From the NCBI GenBank assembly GCA_964596775.1, contig CAZQVN010000012.1:19023-83022 (forward strand): DNA of 64,000 nucleotides, read 5' to 3'. Position 1 is the first letter of the stretch, and each line of letters starts with the position of its first letter. This DNA is from an uncultured bacterium (GTDB taxonomy: Bacteria > Eisenbacteria > RBG-16-71-46 > JABDJR01 > JAWXBZ01). The notes under the pieces were generated by a model, which was not told where the DNA came from, did not search any database, and was given only the letters and a program-made list of their open reading frames with translations. Position numbers and translations under genes: made by a program. This document shows positions 20,091-28,393 of the stretch, piece after piece.

Positions 20091-21620
20091 TCACTTGATG
20101 TAGGGAACGGCTTCGAGCTGGCGTTTTTCCTCGGGTGACAGGGTCCGCTCCGGCCGGTCGGTCAGGATCGTCGTGCCGTCGGAGTAGCAGGGCGGCCGCT
20201 TCTTCAGCGTTTCCGCGCCGAACACCGCGGTCAGCACCCGGCCGTCCATGTCCTGCGGCACGCACTCGCCCATCGTGTAGAGGATCGTCGGGGCCACGTC
20301 GACGAGCGAGGCGCCCGCCAGTTCGCCGCGATTGATCCCCGGGCCCTTGATGATGAAGATCCCGTTCGGGCGGTGGTAGCCCGAATAGGACGTGGAATGG
20401 AGGTCGGTGACCGTGTCCAGGTCCTTCGCGGGGTCGCCGGGTCCGATGTAGCACTCGGGCGCCTCGATCATCACGAGGTCGGGGGCCTTTTCGACCATCC
20501 GCCCGGAGTAGAGTTCCTCACGGCGCACGACCCGCTCGACCGGTTTCTTTCCCGTCAGCGGATCGACGATGGCGGTGGCCTGCTCCACGAACATGGAGCG
20601 GAACGTGTCGTACTCGGGCGACATCGGCCAGGTCGTTCCGAGCCGGTAACGGAAGATCCCGTTCGTGATGAAGACGTCCGGCACCTTGTGATTGCGCACG
20701 TAGTCGTTGAGCGACGACCGTCCGAACCAGTTCAATGCGTTCACCTCGCGGTAGATCGGCCCGAAACCGTGGTCGGAAATGACGATCACCACGGCGTCCT
20801 CGGGCAGCAGGGCGAGGATTTCGCCGAGGCGCTTGTCCATCCCCTTCCAGAACTCGTGAATCGCCTCGCCGAAGTCCTTTCCGAGCTGCTCCGTGTAGTA
20901 GGGATGCTGCGGATCCATCATCCCCCAGAAGAAGTGCTGGATGCGGTCGGTGGCGGTGAACACGGTCCAGGTGAAATCGTCGTTCCGCGTGCGCAGCCAG
21001 TCGCCGGTCACGCGGGCCACGTCGTCCCGCGACTTGACGATCGTGGCCAGCATCGCCGCCTCGGCGTCCCGGATGAGCGCCTCCCCCATCCGGTCGAGCG
21101 CGTAGTCCCCGAGGGAGGCCTGCAACTCCTTCGGATACGTGTAGGACAGGTTCGGGGCGTCGGGAAAGGGAAACCCGGACACCATGACCCCGTTCACCGG
21201 GTCGGGGGGCCACGTCATCGGAACATTGAGAATGCCGACGGTCCGCCCCGCGTCGGACAGGAGTTTCCAGACCGGAACCGCGCGGCGGCTTTCCGACGTG
21301 TACAGGAGCGACTTTCCCGGCTGGTCGGGATCGGGGCGCTCGAAGTCGAAGATGCCGTGCTTGCCGGGATTCACGCCGGTGGCCGCCGAGGTCCACGCCA
21401 CCGGGGAGAGGATCGGGTGCACGGAGTGGAGTTCGCCGTAGACGCCGCCGTCCATCAGGCTCTTCAGGTTCGGCAGCTCCCCCGCCGCGAGCCAGGGATC
21501 GAGGAGATCGAACGTGGCTCCGTCCAGCCCGATCACGAACACCTTCGGGCCCGTCGGCTTCCGGCCGCAGGAGAGCGCGGACAGCGCGAGGACGAGGGCC
21601 AGGGCGATGAAGGAGCGCAT
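20091..21620 (-). CDS. Alkaline phosphatase family protein (type I phosphodiesterase/nucleotide pyrophosphatase fold), lipoprotein
   Basis: VFVIGLDGATFDLLDPWLAAGELPNLKSLMDGG...SPVAWTSAATGVNPGKHGIFDF is typical of the AlkP/NPP superfamily. Lipobox LALSALSCG. ATG at 21620 (MRSFIALAL); an alternative GTG at 21662 exists. Confidence 0.75.
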   Translation of the reverse strand: MRSFIALALVLALSALSCGRKPTGPKVFVIGLDGATFDLLDPWLAAGELPNLKSLMDGGVYGELHSVHPILSPVAWTSAATGVNPGKHGIFDFERPDPDQPGKSLLYTSESRRAVPVWKLLSDAGRTVGILNVPMTWPPDPVNGVMVSGFPFPDAPNLSYTYPKELQASLGDYALDRMGEALIRDAEAAMLATIVKSRDDVARVTGDWLRTRNDDFTWTVFTATDRIQHFFWGMMDPQHPYYTEQLGKDFGEAIHEFWKGMDKRLGEILALLPEDAVVIVISDHGFGPIYREVNALNWFGRSSLNDYVRNHKVPDVFITNGIFRYRLGTTWPMSPEYDTFRSMFVEQATAIVDPLTGKKPVERVVRREELYSGRMVEKAPDLVMIEAPECYIGPGDPAKDLDTVTDLHSTSYSGYHRPNGIFIIKGPGINRGELAGASLVDVAPTILYTMGECVPQDMDGRVLTAVFGAETLKKRPPCYSDGTTILTDRPERTLSPEEKRQLEAVPYIK

Positions 21621-21674
21621 CAGCGGGACGCGGGCGCCGGGGGCGGATTTCGATACGGGCACGTGTGTCACTCC

Positions 21675-23210
21675 TCAGTGCATGTAGGGCAGGCTGCCGA
21701 CCTTCTGGTCCAGGGTGTCGGCGGCGGAATTGTCCTTCACGTCCTTCCGCTCCGAACGCACCGGGTTCTTCCTGACGTAGTCGGGCTGGAACAGCGCGGT
21801 CAGCACCCGGCCGTCGCAGTAGTTCGGAACGGGCTGTCCGAGCAGGTACAGGATCGTCGGGGTAATGTCCAGCAGCGTGGCGCCCGAGTCAAGGCGGCCG
21901 CGCACGAACGGTCCGCCGGTGGCGATCAGGATTCCTTCCATCTCGTGATGGCCGGAAAACGTGTAGGACGGCGTGCCCCACGGTTCGCGATAACCGCGGT
22001 CGTTGGAAATGTACACCTCCGGCGACGGGGTCATCACGATGTCCGGCCCCTTGTCCGCATAGCGGCCGATGTAGGCCTCCTCGCGGCGGTACGTGGCACG
22101 GGCCGGACCGAGCCCCGTCTCGGGGTCCCGCGTGCGCTTCAGCCGGTCGAGGACGTCGTTGCGGACCGCTTCGTAGTCGCTCTTCGAAACGACGCCATTC
22201 GGCTCGCGCCCTTCCACGTTCAGGTACAGCAGGGAACCGTTCGTTTCGAACGAATACGTGCAGCTCAGCGGCGGTTCGCCGGCGCCCGGGTTCCGCAGGA
22301 ACGACTGCATCCGGAACTCGCGGTGCACGCCTCCGAACCCGTGATCGGAGAGGACGACGATCGGCAGGTCCGCCCCCTTCCGGCGCCGGGCCGTTTCGAG
22401 GATCGTGCCGAGGTGCCCGTCCAGTTCCACCCACAGATCGTGGATGGCGGTGCCGTAGCGGGACGCCTTCTCCTCGTCGTACTTCGGCCACTGCGGGTCC
22501 ATGTACTGCCAGAAGAAGTGCTGGATCCGGTCCGTGGAGGTGAACACGACCCAGGCCATGTCCCACTCCTCGGTGTCCAGCAGCCGGTTCACGTTTTCCG
22601 CGCGGCTCCGCATCGTGGCCATGATGTCCTCGAGCAGGCGGTCCTCGGTGCCGTCCTCGATCGACAGGTCCATCCTGTCGATCCGGTAGCCGGTCAGTTG
22701 CGCCTCGAGTTCGGGCGGGTAGGTGTAACCGGTGATGCCGGTGTGGGGCATCCCGGAGATCATGAACCCGTTCACCGCATCGGGCGGGTCCGAAGCCGGC
22801 ACGTTGATCACGCCGACCTTGATCTTCGCGTCGGAGAGCAGCTGCCAGATGGCCGGAACACGCCGGCTCCGCGAGGTTTCGTTGACGAACGTCATCTCGT
22901 TGGGGAGGCGTTTCAGGAAGTCGAAGATGCCGTGCTTGCCCGGATTGACGCCGGTGACCGCCGAGGTCCAGGCCGGCGGCGAAAGAAAGGGGACGACGGA
23001 GGTCAGGTCGCCGGAGACGCCGGAATCCACCAGCGACTTGAGATGCGGCAGGTCCCCGGCCTCCATCCACGGGCGCAGGAGCTTCCAGGTGGCGCCGTCC
23101 AGGCCGATGACGAGGGCGCTACCGGCTCCGGGATGTTTCTTTCCGCAGGCGGGCGCGATGAGAACCAGGCCGAAGACGACCAGGGTTCGGATGAGGGACC
23201 CGATGGACAT
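21675..23210 (-). CDS. Alkaline phosphatase family protein paralog (NPP-type), lipoprotein
   Basis: ATG at 23210. MSIGSLIRTLVVFGLVLIAPACG lipobox. LVIGLDGATWKLLRPWMEAGDLPHLKSL...SPPAWTSAVTGVNPGKHGIFDF is colinear with the neighbouring paralog. Confidence 0.8.
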   Translation of the reverse strand: MSIGSLIRTLVVFGLVLIAPACGKKHPGAGSALVIGLDGATWKLLRPWMEAGDLPHLKSLVDSGVSGDLTSVVPFLSPPAWTSAVTGVNPGKHGIFDFLKRLPNEMTFVNETSRSRRVPAIWQLLSDAKIKVGVINVPASDPPDAVNGFMISGMPHTGITGYTYPPELEAQLTGYRIDRMDLSIEDGTEDRLLEDIMATMRSRAENVNRLLDTEEWDMAWVVFTSTDRIQHFFWQYMDPQWPKYDEEKASRYGTAIHDLWVELDGHLGTILETARRRKGADLPIVVLSDHGFGGVHREFRMQSFLRNPGAGEPPLSCTYSFETNGSLLYLNVEGREPNGVVSKSDYEAVRNDVLDRLKRTRDPETGLGPARATYRREEAYIGRYADKGPDIVMTPSPEVYISNDRGYREPWGTPSYTFSGHHEMEGILIATGGPFVRGRLDSGATLLDITPTILYLLGQPVPNYCDGRVLTALFQPDYVRKNPVRSERKDVKDNSAADTLDQKVGSLPYMH

Positions 23211-23265
23211 CCGCGGAGGCCGCCGCCCCTGGGGACGGGCGCGCCGTGGCGCCTCTTCGGGTCGC

Positions 23266-23985
23266 CTAATTGCCGTTCGGATTCGACTTCACTCCGCTCC
23301 AGGTCGTTTCCTGCACGGGACGGGCCTGGCCGCAGGGGTTGTACCCGTCTTCGGATGCTCCCTCGGAAAACGTGACGAACCCGAGATGGGGGCGCGGGAA
23401 TATCGGGGCTCCCGCACCGGCCACGAGCGTCTCGCGGGCGGCGCAATCGGCCACCTTGGCCGCGTTGTCCACCGGCCGGGGAATGACCTCGAATTTGTCC
23501 GCGGTGTAGGCGGTGATGTAGAAATAGCCGGCCACCCCGGTGACTCCCGTACCGACCCCTCCGGGCTCCGAACGCTGGCAGTTGTTTTCCGCGTCCCAGG
23601 TGATCTGGTTGCTTCCGCCGGGATTGGGCCAGCCGCCGAAGGGAAACTGGAGGGCCCCGCAGAGGGACCACTCGATGACGTCCACCCCGAGCCTCCGGGC
23701 ACCGTTGTAATCGATGCCGCACTGGAGACCGGCCAGCCCGATCGACGGGTTCGCGTCCGTGACCACGAGATAGGCGTAGTAGGGCTCGTTCAGCTTCCCC
23801 TTCGTGACCATGTCCTGGCAGGCCGGCCTGGCCTTGTTGCTCGAGCACTTGTTCCCGCCGACCGATCCGACCGGCACGATGTGTATCATGATCTTGGCGT
23901 ATTCGTTCTCGTCGGCCCGGACCGGTCCGGCCGCCAGGACGACGGCGAGGGCGGTCAGCGCCAGAAACTGCGCGGGATGCTTCAA
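23266..23985 (-). CDS. Secreted Cys-rich hypothetical protein (family A, copy 1)
   Basis: TTG start at 23985 is preceded by GGAG 6 nt upstream. Signal peptide MKHPAQFLALTALAVVLAAGPVRA. About 8 Cys are conserved with the paralog at 24175..24846 (AKIMIHI.../AKIAIHI..., ...GVAGYFY..., ...YNPCG...). No recognisable domain. Confidence 0.55.
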   Translation of the reverse strand: MKHPAQFLALTALAVVLAAGPVRADENEYAKIMIHIVPVGSVGGNKCSSNKARPACQDMVTKGKLNEPYYAYLVVTDANPSIGLAGLQCGIDYNGARRLGVDVIEWSLCGALQFPFGGWPNPGGSNQITWDAENNCQRSEPGGVGTGVTGVAGYFYITAYTADKFEVIPRPVDNAAKVADCAARETLVAGAGAPIFPRPHLGFVTFSEGASEDGYNPCGQARPVQETTWSGVKSNPNGN

Positions 23986-24039
23986 GACGGACTCCGTGAG
24001 GTCAGAGGGAACTCGACCGGGACCAGACCCCGGCACGGG

Positions 24040-24080
24040 CGGATACAATTATAGAGGATCGATGGACCGTTGTCGTCACC
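24040..24080 (-). promoter_or_regulatory. Candidate sigma70 promoter for the 23985 gene (perfect -10 TATAAT)
   Basis: Minus strand reads ...GTGACGAcaacggtccatcgatcctcTATAATtgtatcc.... TATAAT is at 24053..24048, about 55 nt upstream of the TTG start, with a GTGACG -35-like hexamer 19 nt further upstream. Confidence 0.35.
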
Positions 24081-24119
24081 CGCGAGGACCGAACCGGGTT
24101 CCCGCGCGGAGGCGGGAAC

Positions 24120-24165
24120 TAAAAAAAAAAGGGTGGCGCCGAAGCACCACCCTTTTCTTTACGCT
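24120..24165. terminator. Bidirectional rho-independent terminator (GC hairpin flanked by A10 and T-rich tract)
   Basis: Plus strand AAAAAAAAAA-GGGTGGCGCcgaaGCACCACCC-TTTTCTTT. The 9-bp stem has one mismatch and a 4-nt loop. On the minus strand the hairpin is followed by T10, directly downstream of the 24175 stop. Confidence 0.65.
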
Positions 24166-24174
24166 CAGGAAAGC

Positions 24175-24846
24175 TTAGTTCGAGTACGAACCCTTGATGT
24201 TCGACCAGGTCGTATTCTGAACCGGGGTCACGAGACCGCAGGGATTGTAGCCCGAGCCGGCGCCCGTTCCCCAGCACGCGCGGCCGTAGTGCGACGGCGT
24301 GCCGGTGATGATGTCTTCCACCGCGTTGCAGTTGGCCACCTTGCCGGCGTTGTCGACCGGACGGGGTCCGGCGCTCAGGCAATCGGGCGTGTAGGCACCG
24401 TTGTAGAAGTATCCGGCCACGGCCACGACGCCGGTACCGGCTCCGCCGGGCTCGGTGACCTGGCAGCCGTTCCAGGTGATCAGGTTACCGGAGCCGTTCT
24501 GTCCCCAGGCCGGGCCGGGGGAGATGAACTCCAGGGTGGCGCAGAGCGTCCACGCGAACTGTGCCAGACCGTTGCCCTTGGCAAGACCAAGCTGGCAGCC
24601 GGACACGCCTTCGGCGGCGCTGCCGTCCGTGACGAGCACATAGGTGTAGTAGGTGTTGGGCGGATAGAGTCCGCCCTGGGTGACGATGGCGTTACACGCC
24701 TTGAGGCCGGCGCCACAGGCGTTCTTCGTGGTCTTGGGGCCGATGTGGATCGCGATCTTGGCGTTGGCGTTACCGGCTGCGAACGACTCCGAAGAGAACG
24801 CGAGCAGCGCGACGCCGGCGAGCAGTGCGGTGGCAAAACGCTTCAT
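24175..24846 (-). CDS. Secreted Cys-rich hypothetical protein (family A, copy 2)
   Basis: ATG 24846 is preceded by AAGGAGG 8 nt upstream. Signal peptide MKRFATALLAGVALLAFSSESFA. Paralog of 23266..23985 with the same Cys spacing. Followed by a strong terminator. Confidence 0.6.
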   Translation of the reverse strand: MKRFATALLAGVALLAFSSESFAAGNANAKIAIHIGPKTTKNACGAGLKACNAIVTQGGLYPPNTYYTYVLVTDGSAAEGVSGCQLGLAKGNGLAQFAWTLCATLEFISPGPAWGQNGSGNLITWNGCQVTEPGGAGTGVVAVAGYFYNGAYTPDCLSAGPRPVDNAGKVANCNAVEDIITGTPSHYGRACWGTGAGSGYNPCGLVTPVQNTTWSNIKGSYSN

Positions 24847-24949
24847 GAGAGAGGGCCTCCTTTGCGATGTTGCAACTACTAGGGATGAGGTGTGCGGCCT
24901 CCTGGATCTGCCTGCTTCATTCGTCACCCTTGCGGGTGAACCGGAGGAG

Positions 24950-24975
24950 CCCCGCCCCCAGGCACGGGGCGGGGC
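24950..24975 (-). terminator. GC-rich hairpin (CCCCGCCCC-N7-GGGGCGGGG) downstream of the 24999 gene; possible terminator without U-tract
   Basis: Perfect 9-bp inverted repeat about 25 nt after the stop of the 24999..25676 gene. No T-run follows, so the call is weak. Confidence 0.3.
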
Positions 24976-24998
24976 CTCCGTATCACTATCGAACCAGA

Positions 24999-25676
24999 CT
25001 AGGGGCCGGCGTCGCCAGCGCAGGAAGCCGCGCCGGCAAGGAACGGCGTCAGGATGGTGGCATCAGACAGACCAACCGCGAGATCGCAGTTGATGTCGGT
25101 GCACCACTGATACACGCTCGTCGCCAGAGGCGTCGTGTGCTGAACGGCATCGGCAAGACCCGTGGCACAGGAACCAGCCGGGTTCCACACACCACCCGTG
25201 AAGGTGGTCGGGAGCTTTCCGGCCGAGTCCACCGCGTCCGGGGACACGGTGCCGTACTCCTGGAGCTTCACGCCATCGGCGAACACTTCGCCGGCGAACT
25301 TGAGCACGCCAGGGATTCCAGCCAGGTTGTACTGAATGCAACCGCCGGCGGTGATGTTGAACGTGGCAACACCGGAGCCGTTGGTAACACCACTGATGAC
25401 ACGGGGGCGGGGGCCAGGAACAGTATTGCACCAGCAGATCAGCGTGTCGCCGACCGTGGTGAACCGGAGATCAACCGCGGCCGCGGCGATAGGTCCGCCG
25501 GAGCCGACAACAGTCACCGAGTACCCGAGGGCACCGGTGGGGCTGATTCCGAGGCAATTCGGGACAGTGCTCAGCCCGGGAACAGGCACGTTGGCCATTG
25601 CGGGGGCGGCAAAAACCAACCCCATCACGGCCAGAGCACAACCCTTGCGCAACAAACTGCGCAGAAAACGGTCCAT
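24999..25676 (-). CDS. Secreted Cys-containing hypothetical protein (family B)
   Basis: ATG 25676 is preceded by GGAGG 7 nt upstream. Signal peptide MDRFLRSLLRKGCALAVMGLVFAAPAMA. Gly/Thr/Val-rich mature part with about 8 Cys. Unrelated to family A. Confidence 0.55.
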   Translation of the reverse strand: MDRFLRSLLRKGCALAVMGLVFAAPAMANVPVPGLSTVPNCLGISPTGALGYSVTVVGSGGPIAAAAVDLRFTTVGDTLICWCNTVPGPRPRVISGVTNGSGVATFNITAGGCIQYNLAGIPGVLKFAGEVFADGVKLQEYGTVSPDAVDSAGKLPTTFTGGVWNPAGSCATGLADAVQHTTPLATSVYQWCTDINCDLAVGLSDATILTPFLAGAASCAGDAGP

Positions 25677-26085
25677 CGTTACACCTCCTAAACGTTACCG
25701 AGAGCTAGGATGTCCGAGGTAAGTAGCAGCGTCGTATGCAACTCCCAGAATAAGGTGACAACACCCCCCTTCGCACACCCGGCACAGGCGTGGAAAAAAT
25801 GTCATACACTCACACGACAAGAGTTTAATGGAGAAATCGCCTGAGCGTCAAGAACAAAGACAGTTTACGAGCCTCGACCGGGGAGAGATGGCTCCCGGGA
25901 GACTCCCTGTGCGGGCCTCGTGACGAACGGTTGATTTCAAAGGTGCCTCGCGAAAGGTCACGGGTTCTGAAGAAGATTCAGATATACGGGACACCCTACG
26001 ACGGCGCGGGGAGGACGTCAATCCCGGTTCTGAGGCACCGGGATCGAATTCGGGGGGGGGCGCATCACGGGGCGTTTTCGGGGAC

Positions 26086-26161
26086 TGGTGGGCGAAACAG
26101 GGCTCGAACCTGTGACATCTTGCGTGTAAGGCAAGCGCTCTACCAACTGAGCTATTCGCCC
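26086..26161 (-). tRNA. tRNA-Val (anticodon TAC), CCA encoded
   Basis: Reverse complement GGGCGAATAGCTCAGTTGGTAGAGCGCTTGCCTTACACGCAAGATGTCACAGGTTCGAGCCCTGTTTCGCCCACCA. It folds into a canonical cloverleaf: acceptor GGGCGAA/TTCGCCC, D arm GCTC..GAGC, anticodon stem CTTGC/GCAAG with loop CTTACAC, T arm ACAGG-TTCGAGC-CCTGT. Confidence 0.85.
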
Positions 26162-26193
26162 GAACTGATTGTAAATAAGCAGGTTAGACTGGC

Positions 26194-26442
26194 TCAGTCT
26201 CTGGCCAGGATCGCGTAGGGCACGAGGACGCAGTATCCGAGGACCAGCAGGAGCGGGGCCAGAGTGATCGATCCGGAGGCCAGGGCGATGTATCCGGCAA
26301 TGATGACGCCGATCGCGCCCCCGAGGATCATCCAGTTCTTGCGGGACAGCCGGACCTCATCGCGGGGGTGTACGCCCCGCTGGGTGCGACCGGGTGCGGG
26401 ACGCTTTCTGCTGGCGGCACTCCCGCCGGATTTCATGGACAT
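26194..26442 (-). CDS. Small two-TM membrane protein (82 aa), coupled to mltG
   Basis: ATG 26442 lies 1 nt after the mltG stop, with GGAGG 8 nt upstream. MSMKSGGSAASRKRPAPG... then two hydrophobic helices. The track ORF extends upstream into R/C-rich non-coding-like sequence and was trimmed. Confidence 0.45.
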   Translation of the reverse strand: MSMKSGGSAASRKRPAPGRTQRGVHPRDEVRLSRKNWMILGGAIGVIIAGYIALASGSITLAPLLLVLGYCVLVPYAILARD

Positions 26443-26443
26443 T

Positions 26444-27460
26444 TCATTCTCCTCCCTGGCCGCTCCGCCGCCCCGCCGCCACCCGGCGGCGGGCTTCGTT
26501 GTGCGCCGCATTGGTTTCCGAAAACAGATGATGGCCGTCGCCGGTGGCCACGAAATAGAGATCGCGGCAGTCCGGCAGCGGGTCGAGCACGGCGCGGAGC
26601 GCCGACACCCCCGGAGAACAGATCGGGCCGGGCGGCAGGCCGTAAACGAGATACGTGTTATAGGGTGAGTCCACCGCCAGGTCCTTCTCGAAGATCCTGG
26701 ACGGGCGCACCCCGAGAGCATACGCCACCGTGGGGTCGGATTGCAGTTTCATTCCGAGCCGCAGCCGGTTCAGGAAGACCGCGGCGATCCGCGGCCTCTC
26801 CTCCGCCACGGCGGCCTCGGCCTCCACGAGACTGGCCAGGGTCAGGACACGGTGGCGATCCAGTCCGAGGGAATCCGAACGAGCGGCAAACGAAGCCCCG
26901 TACACCTCGAGGGTCCGGGTCACGAAACGGCGGACGAGATCCTCGCACCGCGTCCCGGGGATGACGTGATAGGTATCCGGAAAAAGATAGCCTTCCAGTG
27001 TGTTGCCCGGCAACCCCAGCTTCCGGACGAGCGTCGAGTCGCCGACCAGGGCCAGGAAGTCGGAGGCCCGGCACCCGGTCAACTCCGCGACCCGGGCGGC
27101 GATCTCCCGGCTGTTCCATCCTTCCGGAATCGTGAGGACGGTCTGGAGAACATCGCCGCGGACCATCCGGTCGAGAACACCCCAGATCGTTTCCGAAGGC
27201 CGGAACTCGTAGGGGCCGGCCCGCAGCCTCGAGGCCCGGCCGGACACCGCGGCGGCGATCCGGAACGCCGGCCCGGACCGGATCACGCCGGCCTCCTCCA
27301 GTTTCCGCCCGATGGCCGCGGAAGAGAGCCCGGGTTCCACGTTGACCCGGATCGACGCCGCGCCCGGCCCGAAATCGGCGGGAAGCACGTAGATGGCGGC
27401 GAGAAGCGCGAGTGTAATGAGAAACGCCAGCATGCCGAGCAGTCGCAGCGGTGATCTCAC
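26444..27460 (-). CDS. mltG: Endolytic murein transglycosylase MltG (YceG family)
   Basis: GTG 27460 (GGAG 8 nt upstream) overlaps the ruvX stop as GTGA. One N-terminal TM helix. The YceG-like domain runs through ...GYLFPDTYHV..., ...LVEAEAAVAEERPRIAAVFLNRL... and ...PYNTYLVYGLPPGPI.... Confidence 0.8.
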   Translation of the reverse strand: MRSPLRLLGMLAFLITLALLAAIYVLPADFGPGAASIRVNVEPGLSSAAIGRKLEEAGVIRSGPAFRIAAAVSGRASRLRAGPYEFRPSETIWGVLDRMVRGDVLQTVLTIPEGWNSREIAARVAELTGCRASDFLALVGDSTLVRKLGLPGNTLEGYLFPDTYHVIPGTRCEDLVRRFVTRTLEVYGASFAARSDSLGLDRHRVLTLASLVEAEAAVAEERPRIAAVFLNRLRLGMKLQSDPTVAYALGVRPSRIFEKDLAVDSPYNTYLVYGLPPGPICSPGVSALRAVLDPLPDCRDLYFVATGDGHHLFSETNAAHNEARRRVAAGRRSGQGGE

Positions 27461-27951
27461 GATCCGGACTCCGGTTCGTTCCAGAGGAGACGGGCCCGGC
27501 GGGCCGCCTCGTCCGCCATCCACGACTCCATGAGAATGACGGCCGCCAGGTCGTCGATGGCCCGCCCCTTTCTCGCGCGGCCGGCCCGGGAGAGGTCGCG
27601 GGCCGCCTCGGAGGTCAGCCGCTCGTCCACGAAAAACAGGGCGAGCCCGGCGGCGGTTTCGAGCCGGCGCCCGAAGGCCCTGGTCCGGCGGGCCGCGCGT
27701 CCCTCGGTGCCGTCCATGTTCAGGGGGAGACCGAGAAGGATGCGGGACACCCCCTCACGCCGGGCGATGTCCGCGACCTGCGCCTCGGGAGCCGCCCCCC
27801 CCGCATCGAGATGAAGGGTTTCCAGGGGCACCGCCTGCGACAGGGCGACATGCCCGACGGCCAGTCCGATCCGGCGCGAGCCGAAGTCCACGGCCAGTAT
27901 GCGTTCTTCAGTCTCCGCCGCCGGCCTCCGATTCCTGCGCGCCCCCTGCAT
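27457..27951 (-). CDS. ruvX: Holliday-junction resolvase-like RuvX (YqgF)
   Basis: ERILAVDFGSRRIGLAV...GLPLNMDGTEG...DERLTS is the classic YqgF fold. The start is ambiguous (ATG 27951 or GTG 27963). Either start overlaps the upstream RsbW-like gene end (27908) by at least 44 nt. Confidence 0.75.
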   Translation of the reverse strand: MQGARRNRRPAAETEERILAVDFGSRRIGLAVGHVALSQAVPLETLHLDAGGAAPEAQVADIARREGVSRILLGLPLNMDGTEGRAARRTRAFGRRLETAAGLALFFVDERLTSEAARDLSRAGRARKGRAIDDLAAVILMESWMADEAARRARLLWNEPESGS

Positions 27952-28390
27952 CAGCGGGCGCACCCGTCCGCCGCTTCTTGACGAGACGGCAGACCGTGCC
28001 TCTTTCGCTGAAGTCGTACAGGACCGCGTCCATCATGGACCGCATGATGAAAATGCCGCGGCCGCGCGCCTTGAGCAGGTTCTCGGGAGCCGAGGCGTCC
28101 TCGACGAGATCCAGGTTGAAACCCGTTCCGCGATCGGTGACGTCGACTTCGAGCGCGTCCACGGTCATCCTGAAGACGATCTCGACCGGGTCACCGGGCT
28201 TGCCGTGCTGGATGGCGTTCGTTCCGGCCTCGATCACCGAAATGGCGATCGCGTCCTTGTCGTCATCCTCGAACGACATCTGGTCGGCGATGCCGTCCAC
28301 AACCTTGTCGACGATGGACAGAAGCTCGAGCTGCCCTGGCAACTCGAGTCGTATCTCCTCCGTATCGCCCTCCGCTCGGGGTAGCGGCAT
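27908..28390 (-). CDS. Anti-sigma regulatory factor, RsbW/SpoIIAB-like serine protein kinase (HATPase_c)
   Basis: ATG 28390. Motifs IAISVIEAGTNAIQHG (N-box), DRGTGFN (G1) and RGRGIFIMRSMMDAV (G2) match GHKL anti-sigma kinases. It lies 3 nt downstream of the STAS gene. Confidence 0.7.
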   Translation of the reverse strand: MPLPRAEGDTEEIRLELPGQLELLSIVDKVVDGIADQMSFEDDDKDAIAISVIEAGTNAIQHGKPGDPVEIVFRMTVDALEVDVTDRGTGFNLDLVEDASAPENLLKARGRGIFIMRSMMDAVLYDFSERGTVCRLVKKRRTGAPADAGGAQESEAGGGD

Positions 28391-28393
28391 GGC

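Noticed and set aside
16689-20098. 662-aa (-) and 882-aa (+) ORFs over the two TPR membrane genes
   Set aside because: Both are shadow frames of the real genes at 15945..18119 (+) and 18116..20035 (-).
20373-23375. 1000-aa plus-strand ORF
   Set aside because: Antisense of the two AlkP-family lipoprotein genes. R/G/P/H-rich.
26044-26085. Possible second tRNA or tRNA fragment (gggatcgaattcggg resembling a T-arm)
   Set aside because: The flanking sequence cannot form acceptor, D and anticodon stems, so no cloverleaf folds. Kept only as a hairpin/G-tract observation.
25931-26218. 95-aa ORF overlapping tRNA-Val
   Set aside because: Reads through the tRNA antisense strand (...ALYQLSYSPE... is the classic tRNA-derived pseudo-peptide). 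Not coding.
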